Source: Chrysomallon squamiferum (Eukaryota > Animalia > Mollusca). Taken from it: a DNA stretch of 64,000 nt. The translations under genes and the position numbers were made by a program. Numbering within the stretch: the first letter of the stretch is position 1; each line of letters opens with the position of its first letter. Positions 20,951-33,518 of this stretch are shown here, in pieces. The stretch covers positions 10,478,001 to 10,542,000 of the forward strand of contig CM022674.1 in NCBI GenBank assembly GCA_012295275.1, in the 5' to 3' direction. Below the pieces are notes generated by a model. That model saw only the letters and a program-made list of their open reading frames with translations, searched no databases and had not been told where the DNA came from.

Positions 20951-21634
20951 CTTCAGTGAATAGTAATAGCCTCTCCATGGCGACCAGTTGATTCCAACAC
21001 CAAATAAATGATTGGTTCCATTGAGGTACAGACCGTTCAGATTGGCCGAATGACAGCTATTGTACCACCAACCTCCCTCATTATTGTCCTTTGTAGAGAA
21101 TCTCATACCATTGTGACGAATGTTATCTGCTACAGTGTTGATCAGGGCATCGCCTACAAGTAAACATTCTATAGAATCACATTCGTGTCAGTCAGTTTTT
21201 CAACATATAACAGCAGCAACAACGACTACGACTTTTCTCTAAACGTAATTCTTAATACCAGCTTAATGTTTCTGTGAGTAAACCGGATTTGTAATAAATA
21301 TTCCTAAATAAGTATATTGTTGTATTTGCATATATAAGTATAGATACATACTTACATATATCTATCTATCTATCTATATATATATATATATATTGTTTTA
21401 TATATCTTTATAAATATTTTATTTTATTTTATCTGTAATAATGTTTTATCTACCTATAATAATATATTGTTCTGTCTATCTGTCTATATGTCCTCCCTCC
21501 CTCCCTCCCTGTGTTTATATGTGTGTTTACCTATGTCTATATTTGCATATTTTCCTGTCTGTCTCTTAATCTATCTTTCAATCTAACTACCTATCTGTAT
21601 ACAGAGAAGGCGAGAGAGAGAGACACACACACAC

Positions 21635-21705
<71 letters not shown>

Positions 21706-22322
21706 AATAATATTATTATTACAGATAGTACTTCATTCCTTATATTGCTATAAAACTGCTACTGCAACTCTACTATAATACTGTTTCAACTATCACAATC
21801 ACTTCTACTAGTGCTGCTACTTCTACTACATTTAATGTTACATCGTTCTTATAGATATAATCAAGATAAAGTACATAATATCGACGTTAGTAATGAAATA
21901 TTAACAGAATATATATATACTTACTGGTATGTAGACAGACAGACAAACAGACAGATAGATATTTACCCTGCTGTATGTAGTAACTAGAAATGCTACTCAG
22001 TACTGGCGCATTGCAGCCTCAAGTGACAACTTCTTTGTAAAGAAAACATTTGGCAGATGACTTTTCAAACCTAAACGTTTTGCATCTGGGTTCAAGGTCA
22101 CACTGCGCGGCACACACCAATTTATTCCTAGCTTTGTTGTCAGATACCAAATACCTTTCAGAAAGTAGGATTCCCGTTAGATTGGCATTTGTTGTCGTGT
22201 TTTAACTCACGGAATCACTGTTTACGGAAACTGAAGCGTCTGTTATGATGTTGTCAAGTATTGATGTTGTTATCAGTAGAAATAAGGAAAAAAAACGATG
22301 CAGATATTTTGAACACCGTCAT
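20909..22322 (-). pseudogene. PAN/apple + fibrinogen-related domain pseudogene (middle exons missing)
   Basis: Exon 22322-21967: signal peptide (frameshift in a T8 run) and PAN pattern LVCAAQCDLEPRCKTFRF..KCFLY with two in-frame stops. Exon 21153-20909: GDAL..HNGMRFSTKD..GGWWYNSCHSANLNG..GINWSPWRG..SLKKTVMKIRP. Confidence 0.88.
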
Positions 22323-22971
22323 CTTGTCTCTCGTGACAAAGGTTCCCTTGTTACATTTAAAACTTCTTTTTTTCTAATATATGTATCTGGCGTACTTCTT
22401 CAGATAGCAGAAATAAAATATTGGAAATACAGATTAAAAATGTAACTGATTTTCTTATCAGTTTATTTAATTAATTGTTACGGTCCGTTTCAAAGGGTGA
22501 TCGATTGTTTTAGAACTGGGTGCTTTGCTAAAGTAGAAAATGCTGGGCAATATTTCATAAGCAAATAAACAAAGATAGATTCTGAGTATCGCCCATTCTG
22601 AATTACATTTGGTTGAACAAAACCAGGTTGTGTGTAGCAGACTATATCTATCAGCTAACATAAACTAGTATGCTCAGCTCCTCAATACCTGACATACTTT
22701 TCCTATCTGCTGGTTGTCAGTTTCGACTTCCCCGTCCATCATACTTGTTTTATGTCCACATCGATTCCAGGAATTACAGAAATACACAATTCATGCTTGA
22801 CCTGCTACAGTTCTTTATGAATTCTTTGTCGATCAGAGCGGTTGAGAGAACATAATATATTGTTTACTCGTATGAAATAATATCATAATTTAAAAAAAAA
22901 AATCAATTTTTAGTTCTATCTAAAACGTTAAAACTGGATTTGGTAAAGGACGTCATTGTTTGCACCGTGAT

Positions 22972-23445
22972 ATAGGGTTAGGGTTAGAATTTGAGTTAGG
23001 ATTGTTTAAATTTTATTATAAATATTATGATAAACTGCAAAATAATTTGAGTGTCACGATTGGAAGTAGCGTTAGGGTAAGATTTAAAGTTGGGAACCTC
23101 GGTAGGATTAGGTTCAGAAGTTGAGCTAGGGATGGGGTTAGGTTTAATGTTAGGTTTAGGGTTAGGGTGTGGATTAGTGTTAGTGTTAGGGTTAGTGTTA
23201 GGGTAAGGGTTTGGATTAGTGTTAGGGATAGGTTTGGGTTAGGGTTAGGTTTGGGTTAGGGTTAGGGTTAGCGTTAAAGCTAGGGTTATTTAAATTTTAT
23301 TGTGAGTGTTATGATAAAGTGCAATGTAATTTGAGGTTACGATTGTAAGTGACGTTAGAATAAGAATTAACATGGCGGACTTGGGTAGGATTAGGTTTAG
23401 AAGTTTATCTAGGGTTAGGCTTAGGGTTATTTAAATTTTGTTATG
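22972..23445 (+). repeat. Degenerate (TTAGGG)-rich interspersed repeat with two ~130-bp related spacer units
   Basis: Runs of ggttag/ttaggg (densest 23135-23285) alternate with a duplicated unit tttaaattttatt..tatgataaa..ggtaggattagg at about 23005 and 23289. Confidence 0.8.
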
Positions 23446-23689
23446 AGAAAGAAAAAGTAAGCTATATCTGAAAGAAAGAGATAATTGAGCTACAAAGATG
23501 TTGTTTCAGTATTTTGAACTGATCTATTTAATATACTTTTCTGACATAATTAACGTGCCATGTGTATTTTTGAACTGTTCACTCATTTCCTATATGGTAT
23601 CATCTCGAAACAACCAAACAAACAAACACAGAAACAAATAGATAAATAATTAAATAAATCTAACAAATGATGTACAATTATTTCATCTT

Positions 23690-23886
23690 CGTGTGCAAGC
23701 GCAAATGCCATGACCGGAAGTTAGGACTCGTTTGCCATGATTTGGAACCTTACCCTCCGGAAGAATGCGTTGCAATAACAGATAATAGTCGTCAAGAACA
23801 AAACAAAGCAGAAACTTGTAACAGATCAGGTGAACTGTTCTTCTGATTTATTATGCTGACTGATCTCACCAGACGATAAAATCACG
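23690..23886 (+). promoter_or_regulatory. Putative promoter / non-coding first exon of the PARP gene
   Basis: Locally CpG-rich; ETS-type CCGGAAGT near 23714; splice donor ACG|GTAAGA at 23886. Confidence 0.4.
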
Positions 23887-23952
23887 GTAAGAAAAATCTG
23901 CCCTGTTACACGCATATCTTATTATTATTATTATTTTTATTATTATTATTAT

Positions 23953-23988
<36 letters not shown>

Positions 23989-24004
23989 GTAGTAGTAGTA
24001 GTAA

Positions 24005-24063
<59 letters not shown>

Positions 24064-24228
24064 TTCTTCTTCTTCTTCTTCTTCTTATTATTATTATTAT
24101 TATTATTATGCACTGGCGTGGAAGAAATCGCTCAACATTTAAGGGAAACTAACAGTGAATATATCATTAAATGTATTATTCATTATATATAAAATGTGTG
24201 TGTGTGCATGTATGTATGTATGTATATG

Positions 24229-24340
<112 letters not shown>

Positions 24341-25544
24341 CTTAAGAAAGAATGGGCAAAAAAAAAAAAAACGAACACCACAAACTCCTTAGCTATCAGT
24401 ATCGCTACGGTATATCGCTACAGTATATCGCTATAGTATATTGCTAAAGGAGATATAAATACTCTCGTGTTAGGTTGATATGGGAGAATAGGTTTTAAGT
24501 CCATGTAACGATAAACAATATAATCGTGACATATTCAGTTTTCTGCAACGTTTAATAAGTAAGACTACAATTCTATGCTTATGGTAAGTACCCGTATGTA
24601 CTTCTGTATTTAATCTCTGAACTACGTCAGATGTTCTCTGTCCTTACAAATATCACTAGCAGCAGAAGAACAAATCGTAAAAAATATTTAGATATCCAGT
24701 AAAATGTCTACTAATATGGCCATGATCGAAATTGCAACATTACATAAATTTACAACATAGCTTTCGTTGGTTAATATTTACTTACTTACTTATTTAATTA
24801 TTTAATTATTTGTTAGTTTCTAACTTTGTTTCTTTGTTTGTTTATTACATTATTGTTATTGTTCTTATCTTTTTTCCTTTCTCCTTTTTTTGACCAAGTG
24901 GCAAAATTATTTTATACTTATTATTTTTTAAATACCGATTATCTATTTCATATTTATAATACTATTTTCATGGATTTAAACATGTACAAGAAAGAGGTAG
25001 AATGCTTGGCAGCTAGAATTTTACAAATAGTACACAAACTTACCAAAGTTTTGATAATTCAGTATTAAATGTATTTTAAAAAATAGAAAAACTGTGAATG
25101 TTATATTTAATGATGAAAATACCACAGCTGGTGAAGATTTAAGAGAAATCACTGATTCACTGTTATATTTTATTTCAGAAGTATATCTCACTTTGATAAA
25201 TTTGATGATAATGACGTCTTCGAAACGAGTGGGTGGTATTACCAAGATGATCTTCCAGAACAGGAACAATTTGACAGGAAAATCACAGCAGATACAATAC
25301 AAGATTTAGAAGAGAAACCACTTAATTTGAAAGTTAAACTAGATCTAAAACAGGTAGCAAGGTAAAAACAACTTGATGTCAAAATGAAAAGAGTTCCGTC
25401 TCAAAAACAGCAGAAACAGCTTGATGGGAAGAGGAAAGCTTATCCAGTACAAGATGCACAGAAGAAAAAACTTGGCGTGAAAATTACAGCAGATCGAGCA
25501 CGAATTTCACAATCTGTTATTCACAAGAACAATTACATGTAAAA

Positions 25545-25850
25545 GTGAAAGCAAATCCACATCTTATTTCACAGCAGAAACAACTTGACGTCCAAGTCAA
25601 AGCAGATACAGTACAAGTTTCACAGCAGAAACAACTTGATGTAAAAGTGAAAGCAGATCCAGTACAAGTTTCACAGCAGAAACAACTTGATGTCAAAGTG
25701 AAAGCAGACCCAGTACAAGTTTCACAGCAGAATCAACTTGACGTCAAAGTGAAAGCAGACCCAGTACAAGTTTCACAGCAGAATCAACTTGACGTCAAAG
25801 TGAAAGCAGATACAGTACAAGTTTCACAGAAGAAACAACTTGATGTGAAT
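25545..25850 (+). repeat. 51-bp coding repeat (17 aa, QVSQQKQLDVKVKADPV), ~6 copies plus degenerate copies upstream
   Basis: acagcagaaacaacttga-like unit at 25571, 25622, 25673, 25724, 25775 and 25826. Confidence 0.95.
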
Positions 25851-27544
25851 GACAGCCTTGAAATAGTGAATTACAGCAATGAAATAGAATGTGTGCTCTG
25901 TGAGAAATGTGTATGGACTCAGTGTGTAATACATTCAAATACACACAAACAAAGATATCTACCTTACCAGTGGCAGGTGAAAATTTGTGACAAATGGGTG
26001 AACTTTGACATAGTGGAGAATGAGATGATCGAGCAGTGTTTTTGTAGTCTGAAGTCAGATACAGGAAATATAGAGGTTAGTTAAAAACAACCAGAAGCGA
26101 TAAATGAAATTTCATTTATATGGAATAAAGTATAAGTTTTAATAACACTGACATATGTGAATGCAGTTTTACTTTTGTTTCAGAGTACATCCTTGAGAAG
26201 GTATTGGCCACAAGTTCAGTCCTCCTTGGATCCTGATCTAACCAATGTCCTAAGCTTTTCTCTTTTTGAAAACGTATGTATTAAAAATAATTTGAAGCAT
26301 AATAGTTTATTATGCCATCTGAGAAGATTTCCTCTCTTGTTTTAAGTATACTCTTTTACTATTTTTATTACTTACTACAACGCAACAATATGTAAACATG
26401 TTAGATGTTAATGGTATTGCAATTCTACTATTACTTTTCTGTGCCACTAATTGAAATTTGCTATATCTATATCTATAATCTATACTCATATATATAGACA
26501 GACATACACTCGTTGTTTTTTCAGTTTTCAAAGAATTTCACTATTGCATTTGCCAGTAACTTCATTCCAATTGTTGTTGATTTTCACTTAATGAGAGTTT
26601 TAGTTTGTTTGGAACTGGGAGTGGTTGATGTCAAAGTTCAGGGTCTCTCAACAGCATCGTATGTCACTGGACAAGAAGACAACTTCACACAGCTCACACA
26701 GTGGTGTTGGTATTTTGAGTCAGACTCTGGAAATTGGCTGCCTTATGAGCCAGTGAATATTCAATTTATTTTATTGTTGAACTGCTTTCTTCTTAAACAT
26801 CTTATTTATTTTATTTTACTTTTTTATTTGTTCTATTTATTTGCTTATTTATTTCCTTACTTTCAAAATTTTTTTTTCAAAAACCAACATTATACGTAAC
26901 AAAGATATATAATATTAAAAGAAATGAAAATTTATAAAACCACAATTTAAAAAAAGTAAGAAGAAAGAAAGAAAGAGATGATTAAAATGTTCATGTTAAT
27001 ACCTATAACATTGTTATTCTAATATATTAATAGTTATCAAATAAAATAATCACATATCTCATTCATACATAGTCAAATAACTACACATCATGACACACAC
27101 CTGAAATTACATTACCTATAATATATATCATATGATATATCACATTACACGTTCTATATTATATAAAACAGCATATTGTGTTTATTTTAGGAAAGTCTGC
27201 AATATACTCTTGAACTGAAGTACTTGACTGTGCAACCATTTTACAACTTTGAAACAGACAAATGTCAGTATGAAATAAATTTTAGCCAGATGACCCAAAC
27301 ACATCTGGAAACATTAAAACAAAGACGACTGCTGAGGAGACCTGCTTTTGTTTCCAGTGATGATGTACAGAGACAAAAAAAAGTGTAAACAGAAAAATAT
27401 TGTACAAGAACGATAACTTTCGATTAAGATATTTTGTACCTCATTTTCACTTATTTTAAATGTTTTTCTCTCTTAACGTTTTAAACCCTTGTCTCTCGTT
27501 ATCGTATATCTTAATATCCTACTTCATTTTTGTTTTAACTTTTT

Positions 27545-27639
<95 letters not shown>

Positions 27640-28087
27640 TTACTTATTTTGATTACATAATAAAATTAAGAGTTCATCGATGTCTTTCGTCGAAGAAGTT
27701 TCCACGTTCACCAACTCTCCCAGACAACTGGTGGCCTCTAGACTGTTACCAGCCAGTAGAACTGGTGAAACTAAAACTTGATGACTTGACCGAAGACGAG
27801 GAGGTGAAAACTGTGATGAAATAATTTTTCTCTACCATGAACAAATCGGAAGTAAAATTGAAATTTTTGTTTCGCATTCAGAATCTACCCATGTGGGAAC
27901 GGTATTGTAGGTAAGAGTCCACAATTTATGACACTCTTTACATACAATTAAATTGCCTAAATACATTATGTATACTTCAAAATATGTTTTATTTATTTAT
28001 TTATCATCATCATTATCATCATATTTTGTTTTGTCCAATCTTAGTTCATAAATAATTTATTATATATGATTTGTACTGCCTCAGATA

Positions 28088-28320
28088 CAGGTGTTTAATC
28101 AGTATGTCATCCTTAAATAATAAATCAGTGATATATATTTAATCAGTATGTACTCATTAAATAAATAATCAATGATATACCTTAATCAGCAAGTTTTCAT
28201 TAAATAATAAATCAGTGATAGATATTTAATCTGTAGGTACTGATTAAATAAATAATTAGTGATCGATGTTTAATCAGTATGTTCTCATTAAATAAATAAT
28301 CAATTATCGATAGTTGATTA
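28088..28320 (+). repeat. ~45-bp intronic minisatellite, ~5 copies
   Basis: Unit tttaatcagtatgt..cattaaataa(a)taatcagtgata repeated. Confidence 0.85.
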
Positions 28321-28954
28321 ATATTTTCTAACAGCCATCTGTAGTTTTATGAAAGAAATAGTTGATCTCCAAATAGTTGAGAAGTAATCTATAATATTTG
28401 TAAATATTATGAATCTTTCGAGACCAAATGTATTTTTCTCTTTTGCAGTAAGACAAATGCAATGTCGATGAACAGGGATGATGAAGGAGATATTAACGAA
28501 AGATTTCTCTTTCATGGAACCAGTGATGACGTCAGTGTCATACGTGGAATCTGCCACAACAACATCGATTTCAGACTGAACGGCAAACATGGAACATCGT
28601 ACGGAAAGGGAGCTTATTTTGCGCGGGATGCCAAATACAGCCACTGCTACGCCACAGGATCACATTGCTTCATGTTCATTTCAAAGGTTCTTATAGGACA
28701 GTATGCTAAAGGTAAAAGTTCATATCGTCGGCCTCCTTCTAGGAAAGGACATTTTCTTTATGATTCCTGTGTCGATGATGCAAATAATCCATCAATTTTT
28801 GTAATCTTTGACACTTCTCAGAGTTACCCACTGTTTCTACTTCAATACTCTGTGGAGACCAGATCAGAATTGCCTTCATCAAGCTCCTCAGTACCTGTTT
28901 CACAGTCGATTACTCCTACCATAAATTCTCAAATGCAGACTTCAGTTAGCAGCA

Positions 28955-29400
28955 CAACCAATAATTCCAACACAACACCAAAAATTCACACTTCTACTTC
29001 TACAGTAAATACTTTGAAGACAACACCAATATTTCACAGTTCTACTTCTACAGCCAATACTTCCAACACAACACCAAAAATTCACAGTTCTACTTCTACA
29101 GCCAATACTTCAAACACAAAACCAATATTTCACAGTTCTACTTCTACAACCAATACTTCCAACACAACACCAATATTTCACAGTTCTACTTCTACAGCCA
29201 ATACTTCCAACACAACACCAAAATTTGACAGTTCTACTTCTGCAGTAAAACTTCCAACACAACACCAAGATTTCACAGTTCTACTTCTACAGCCAATACT
29301 TCCAACATTACAACAAGATTTCACAGTTCTACTTCTGCAGTTAAACTTCCAACACAACACCAAATTCAAATTCTACAGTAAATACTTCCAACACTTCACC
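28955..29400 (+). repeat. 48-bp coding repeat (16 aa, NTSNTTPKFHSSTSTA), ~9 copies
   Basis: Visible in ORF 28462..29418 and in the DNA (cacagttctacttctacagccaatacttccaacacaacacc). Confidence 0.95.
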
Positions 29401-30148
29401 AAGTTCAACTTCCACTGATACTGCTAACGCATCATACCTATGTGCGATTCTGTGACATTTTGAAGCACATTTATACCTCTTGAAATTATAATTTTTATTT
29501 ATTTCTTGTTTTTGTTTTTTACTTTAATTTTCTCTTAAATAATCTCGTTGTATTTGTTTTTCTGTATGCAGTGTAGATTTTTATCAATACTTTGTTAGCG
29601 GTTTTGTTATTTAGGGCAAGGACATCTTAACACACATGAACCCTGGAAACTTGCCCAGGGGTCACATTAGTATGTTGTGACTTACAGTCAATAAATAGCT
29701 ATACTATACCACTCTCTACTATACTATACTATACTATAATATAATATATAATAATATAATATAATATACTTTTATATAACGTAATAAAACATATTATGCT
29801 GTGAAGATTTGTTATTGGAAATGGCATATTTAGCCTATGTTTCACTAAAGATAATAAACATTATTAAAGTTATGTTTGATGATAAGAAGTGGACACTGTG
29901 TAGGTATGCGGCCCAATGAACAGTTTTTTTCCACAGGGCTATAATGCATTTAAGATGACCTTGTTTATTTTGTTAATTACTGGGAAGAATTTGTTTTGTT
30001 TCGTGCAACCAAAATTGAGAAAAACAACAAAGTTCTTTTTCTATTTCATATTTCATGTGCACATTTCAATGTATCTGTTCTCAAACTGATCAGTTGTTGA
30101 ATACCACTTCTGCTAACTCCACAAGTGCAGGATGTGTAGTTTCAAGCC

Positions 30149-30955
30149 ATGGATAACGGACCTGATGTTCCACAGGCTGAGCTATTCAATGAGTATGTGG
30201 TTTCTACATGGATACACGATGATGCCAGATTTCCTTTGATTTGGTGGAATCATCATCTGCCCACTGGCCCCAGAACAAAATCTGATGTGGAGATTTTTCA
30301 TTCCAGAATCAGCTTGACCATCCAAATAAACAGATTTGTAGAACTGATAAAAGGGATAGAAACATCAGAACCTGCTAAACTGAGGCAGATAAACTTTGGA
30401 TCTGCCCCACCATCAAGGGAGTTTATAAACAGACAGAACATAGATTAGTGAGACTGAAAGCACAGCTAATCCTTGGCCGGGAGGTTATGGTCTGTTCCAC
30501 TCAACACGGTTATACGATGCAGTAAAAATCACATTGTAATTTCTTGATCTAATCTTAACTTTTGATCGCAACTAAAATGAAAGCTGTTCAAATTAACAGT
30601 TGTACCATGATAGCACATACACATTCATGTGTATGTGAGTGAGTAATGTTAAACAAAAGTGTATATATACACACACACACAAATATACATGCACACAACT
30701 GCTCTGCTGGCAGTACCAATTTTTGTAGGATGGCAAACGCATAGATCAACTTGAAATTCATTCCAAATTCATGTGGCAAGCGTACATTAGTGCATCAGGG
30801 ACATAGATTTAGGATCAAGAGTAATAAAAGAGATACTGTTCATTGGAAATGTTGCAAAGTCGGTTGTCCATCTACTATTAATACCTCGAGAGATTTAATT
30901 ACGAGCTACCGAAATCTTCACAACCATGAACGCGACAGATGTGATAAAGTGAATA
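30149..30955 (+). mobile_element. Mutator-like (MULE) transposase fragments: C-terminal piece and FLYWCH zinc finger
   Basis: 30149-30448 TWIHDDARFP..WNH..GPRT..VEIFHSRI resembles the MULE WN..RTNNxxEGxH region. 30751-30950 LVHQGHRFR..HWKCCKVGCP..HNH is FLYWCH-like. Confidence 0.75.
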
Positions 30956-31334
30956 AATGTTATGAATAACTATAATTTTATCTATGTGAATGTTATGAAT
31001 GTCCAATTATTTATAGATGTAATAAAGTGAACAAATGTTATGAATCACTATAGTTTTAACTATGCAGTAAAATAAACGATGAAGTAATTTAACGATTTGT
31101 TCAGGTTATTTATTGATACAGACTATTCCATAATCGCTTATTGTACTTGAGGTTAGCGCGTATCAGTGATTTCTATATAAGAACAATAGAGTTCTGTATA
31201 AGAACAATAATACGGAGACATCCCGTGTTATTCAAGGTAAACGGCACGTTATTAGTAATGCGCTCAACCTTGTCTTGTATTGTTTAATGCGTCTGCGTTA
31301 TGGGATCTCAGTCTTTTGGGAGGGCACCCACAGA

Positions 31335-31540
31335 TTCACGAGTCAGTATGACACAAAGAATTACATTACACAGGTGTGTGCGTCAGTAGTATATACAAAG
31401 AATTATATTACATGGGTGTTTGGGTCAGTAGGCTATATAAGTGAATACATTACAGGGTACAAAGGTCAGTACGATTTACAATGGATTATATTACAGTGGT
31501 ATATGGGTCTGTAGGGTTGACAAATATTTATATTACAGCG
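31335..31540 (+). repeat. Degenerate ~40-bp tandem repeat, ~5 copies
   Basis: gtcagta....a.a..gaatta.attaca recurs. Confidence 0.6.
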
Positions 31541-32990
31541 TTGAACATCTGAGCATATTTCTCAAAAACAATATTACAATCAGGCAAAATACATTAAAGG
31601 AACAAGTTACATGAGACTGTGTTACAGATGCGTATGACTATTTTTTTCATTACATACTGAAGTTCATTGTTACATAGTGATTAGTATTATAAGGGCAATG
31701 TATAATTAATTATATTCCTGACGTTAAATGGATTATATGTGTACGCACACACACACACACACACACACACATACAAACAATTATTGATAACTGAAAACTT
31801 CTTTTTTCTTGTTTGGTACAATTATTATGTAGGGAACAGGATTGTTGGTAAATTTAGACTCACTGACTATTCAGTTATTTTATATATTTAAATGTCAGTC
31901 ACTATCTTGCTTATCATATAAATGATTACTGCTTGACAGTCACATAATAAACAAAAGTTAGTTGGGCATAATTGCATGCAAGCTATATATGAAAATGAAT
32001 ATTACTCGTAGTCATGCAAAAAGAGTTATGTGAAAGATATCCATGCTTAAGAAAAGAAAAACAATGTTTTTATTTATATTTAATATTTCTCTTATTGCTA
32101 TTGATTTATGTCTATGATCTTTTACCACTGTATTAAATAAATTCTTATTATAATTTTTATGATATAAAAAAGACATGTAACTTTACTGATCTAAAGGTTG
32201 ATATATATCGATAAACAAACCGATTAGAAAGAAATATACATAGATACGGACAGACAGACAGACAGATCAGTGGTTGAAATGCTTTGCTGTTATTATTTTT
32301 ATTAGTGTTATTTTATTAGTACTAGTAATAAACAAGTCAATTAAATAGTATCTTTTATGCATTCATATTAACATATTGTATTATCTTTATTACTCATAAA
32401 CAATAAATAAACTTTACCGAATTGTTATATATATCTTATTTTATAACAATAGTTAATTACAGCACAATTTAACTATTTCATGAAGTTCAATGTTTATGTC
32501 TTGTGTAATTTCCACACACAACAAATACTAACTCTAAGATATATAAATAGTTAACTACAAACTGCTTATTTCCTGTTCTAGATATCTCATACGAAAATTG
32601 ATTAATAAATACTTTTTCATCTAAGCAATTTATTTCTTTAAAAGAAGCATAAACAACCAGAAACAGTAACTGGAAAAGTGTAATGACCGAGTTCAAAGAA
32701 ATTACATAAAGAGATGTTCAGAGAGAAAGAAAACAAAACTAAATCGCACACACTTTACAGCTTTAGTTTAGTTATTTCAGAAATGCAAAAATAACAACGT
32801 TTGAAGCTGTACACATTTCATAGTTTAAATGTGATCTATGGCTACAGTATCAGGGACAGTTTCAAGTCACATCATACATTTATGAAAATTGCTAAATAAT
32901 TTAGGATCTGAAATCTACATTATTTTTTGTTATTATAATGATTTTGTTTTTATTATTATTATTATTATTATTACCGGATATCAGTATTTA

Positions 32991-33481
32991 TTACAAAAGA
33001 GTCCCAAAAATATAGTCTACACTTTGCGTACATTTTGCATCACTCTCACCTAACGACTGAGTTCTGATCCTCATGTTATCAATATCGAGAGATTTGAACA
33101 CCTGGTGGTCATACGATTTGGGATCGGAGACCATCTTCAAAAACAGATTTCTCCGCAGCCGTGCTCTTTGTAGATTGCATCTCTGATTGTCGAATATCAT
33201 CTCATTATCGAACTCGGGGAAAACCTCGTCTTCAGAATCACTCAAACTCTCTTCAAGAACTTCCTTCTCAGCTTGTCGGTTGCTGTCGCGACGGTGTAAC
33301 AATAGTTCTGACGTCATCTCTACTATGACGTCCCAAGCATAGGTGATATACGAGACCCATGGTAACTTCTCCGAGTATTTCAAACCGATCATCTTTTTCT
33401 ACCAGACTTTCAAACAGCTTCGCTAGACGAACATGCTGAATAATGTTAATATATATATCTGATTACGAGAGAGATTGTTTT

Positions 33482-33518
<37 letters not shown>

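Larger units (their letters stand above)
25178..29455 (+). pseudogene. Zn-finger/WWE/WWE-PARP mono-ADP-ribosyltransferase (PARP7/11/12-like), disabled
   Basis: Phase-consistent exons ~25178-26075, 26525-26752, 27191-27384, 27671-27910, 28449-29455. Cys/His cluster + LPYQWQ; WWE motifs (WCWYFESDSGNWLPY, YEINFSQMTQ..RRLLRRP); catalytic LFHGT, YGKGAYFA, YDSCVD..PSIFVIFD..QSYP (H-Y-I triad). Lesions: TAA near 25363, frameshift near 25520-25545, TAA 27822-27824, two 1-nt deletions in the tail. Confidence 0.9.
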
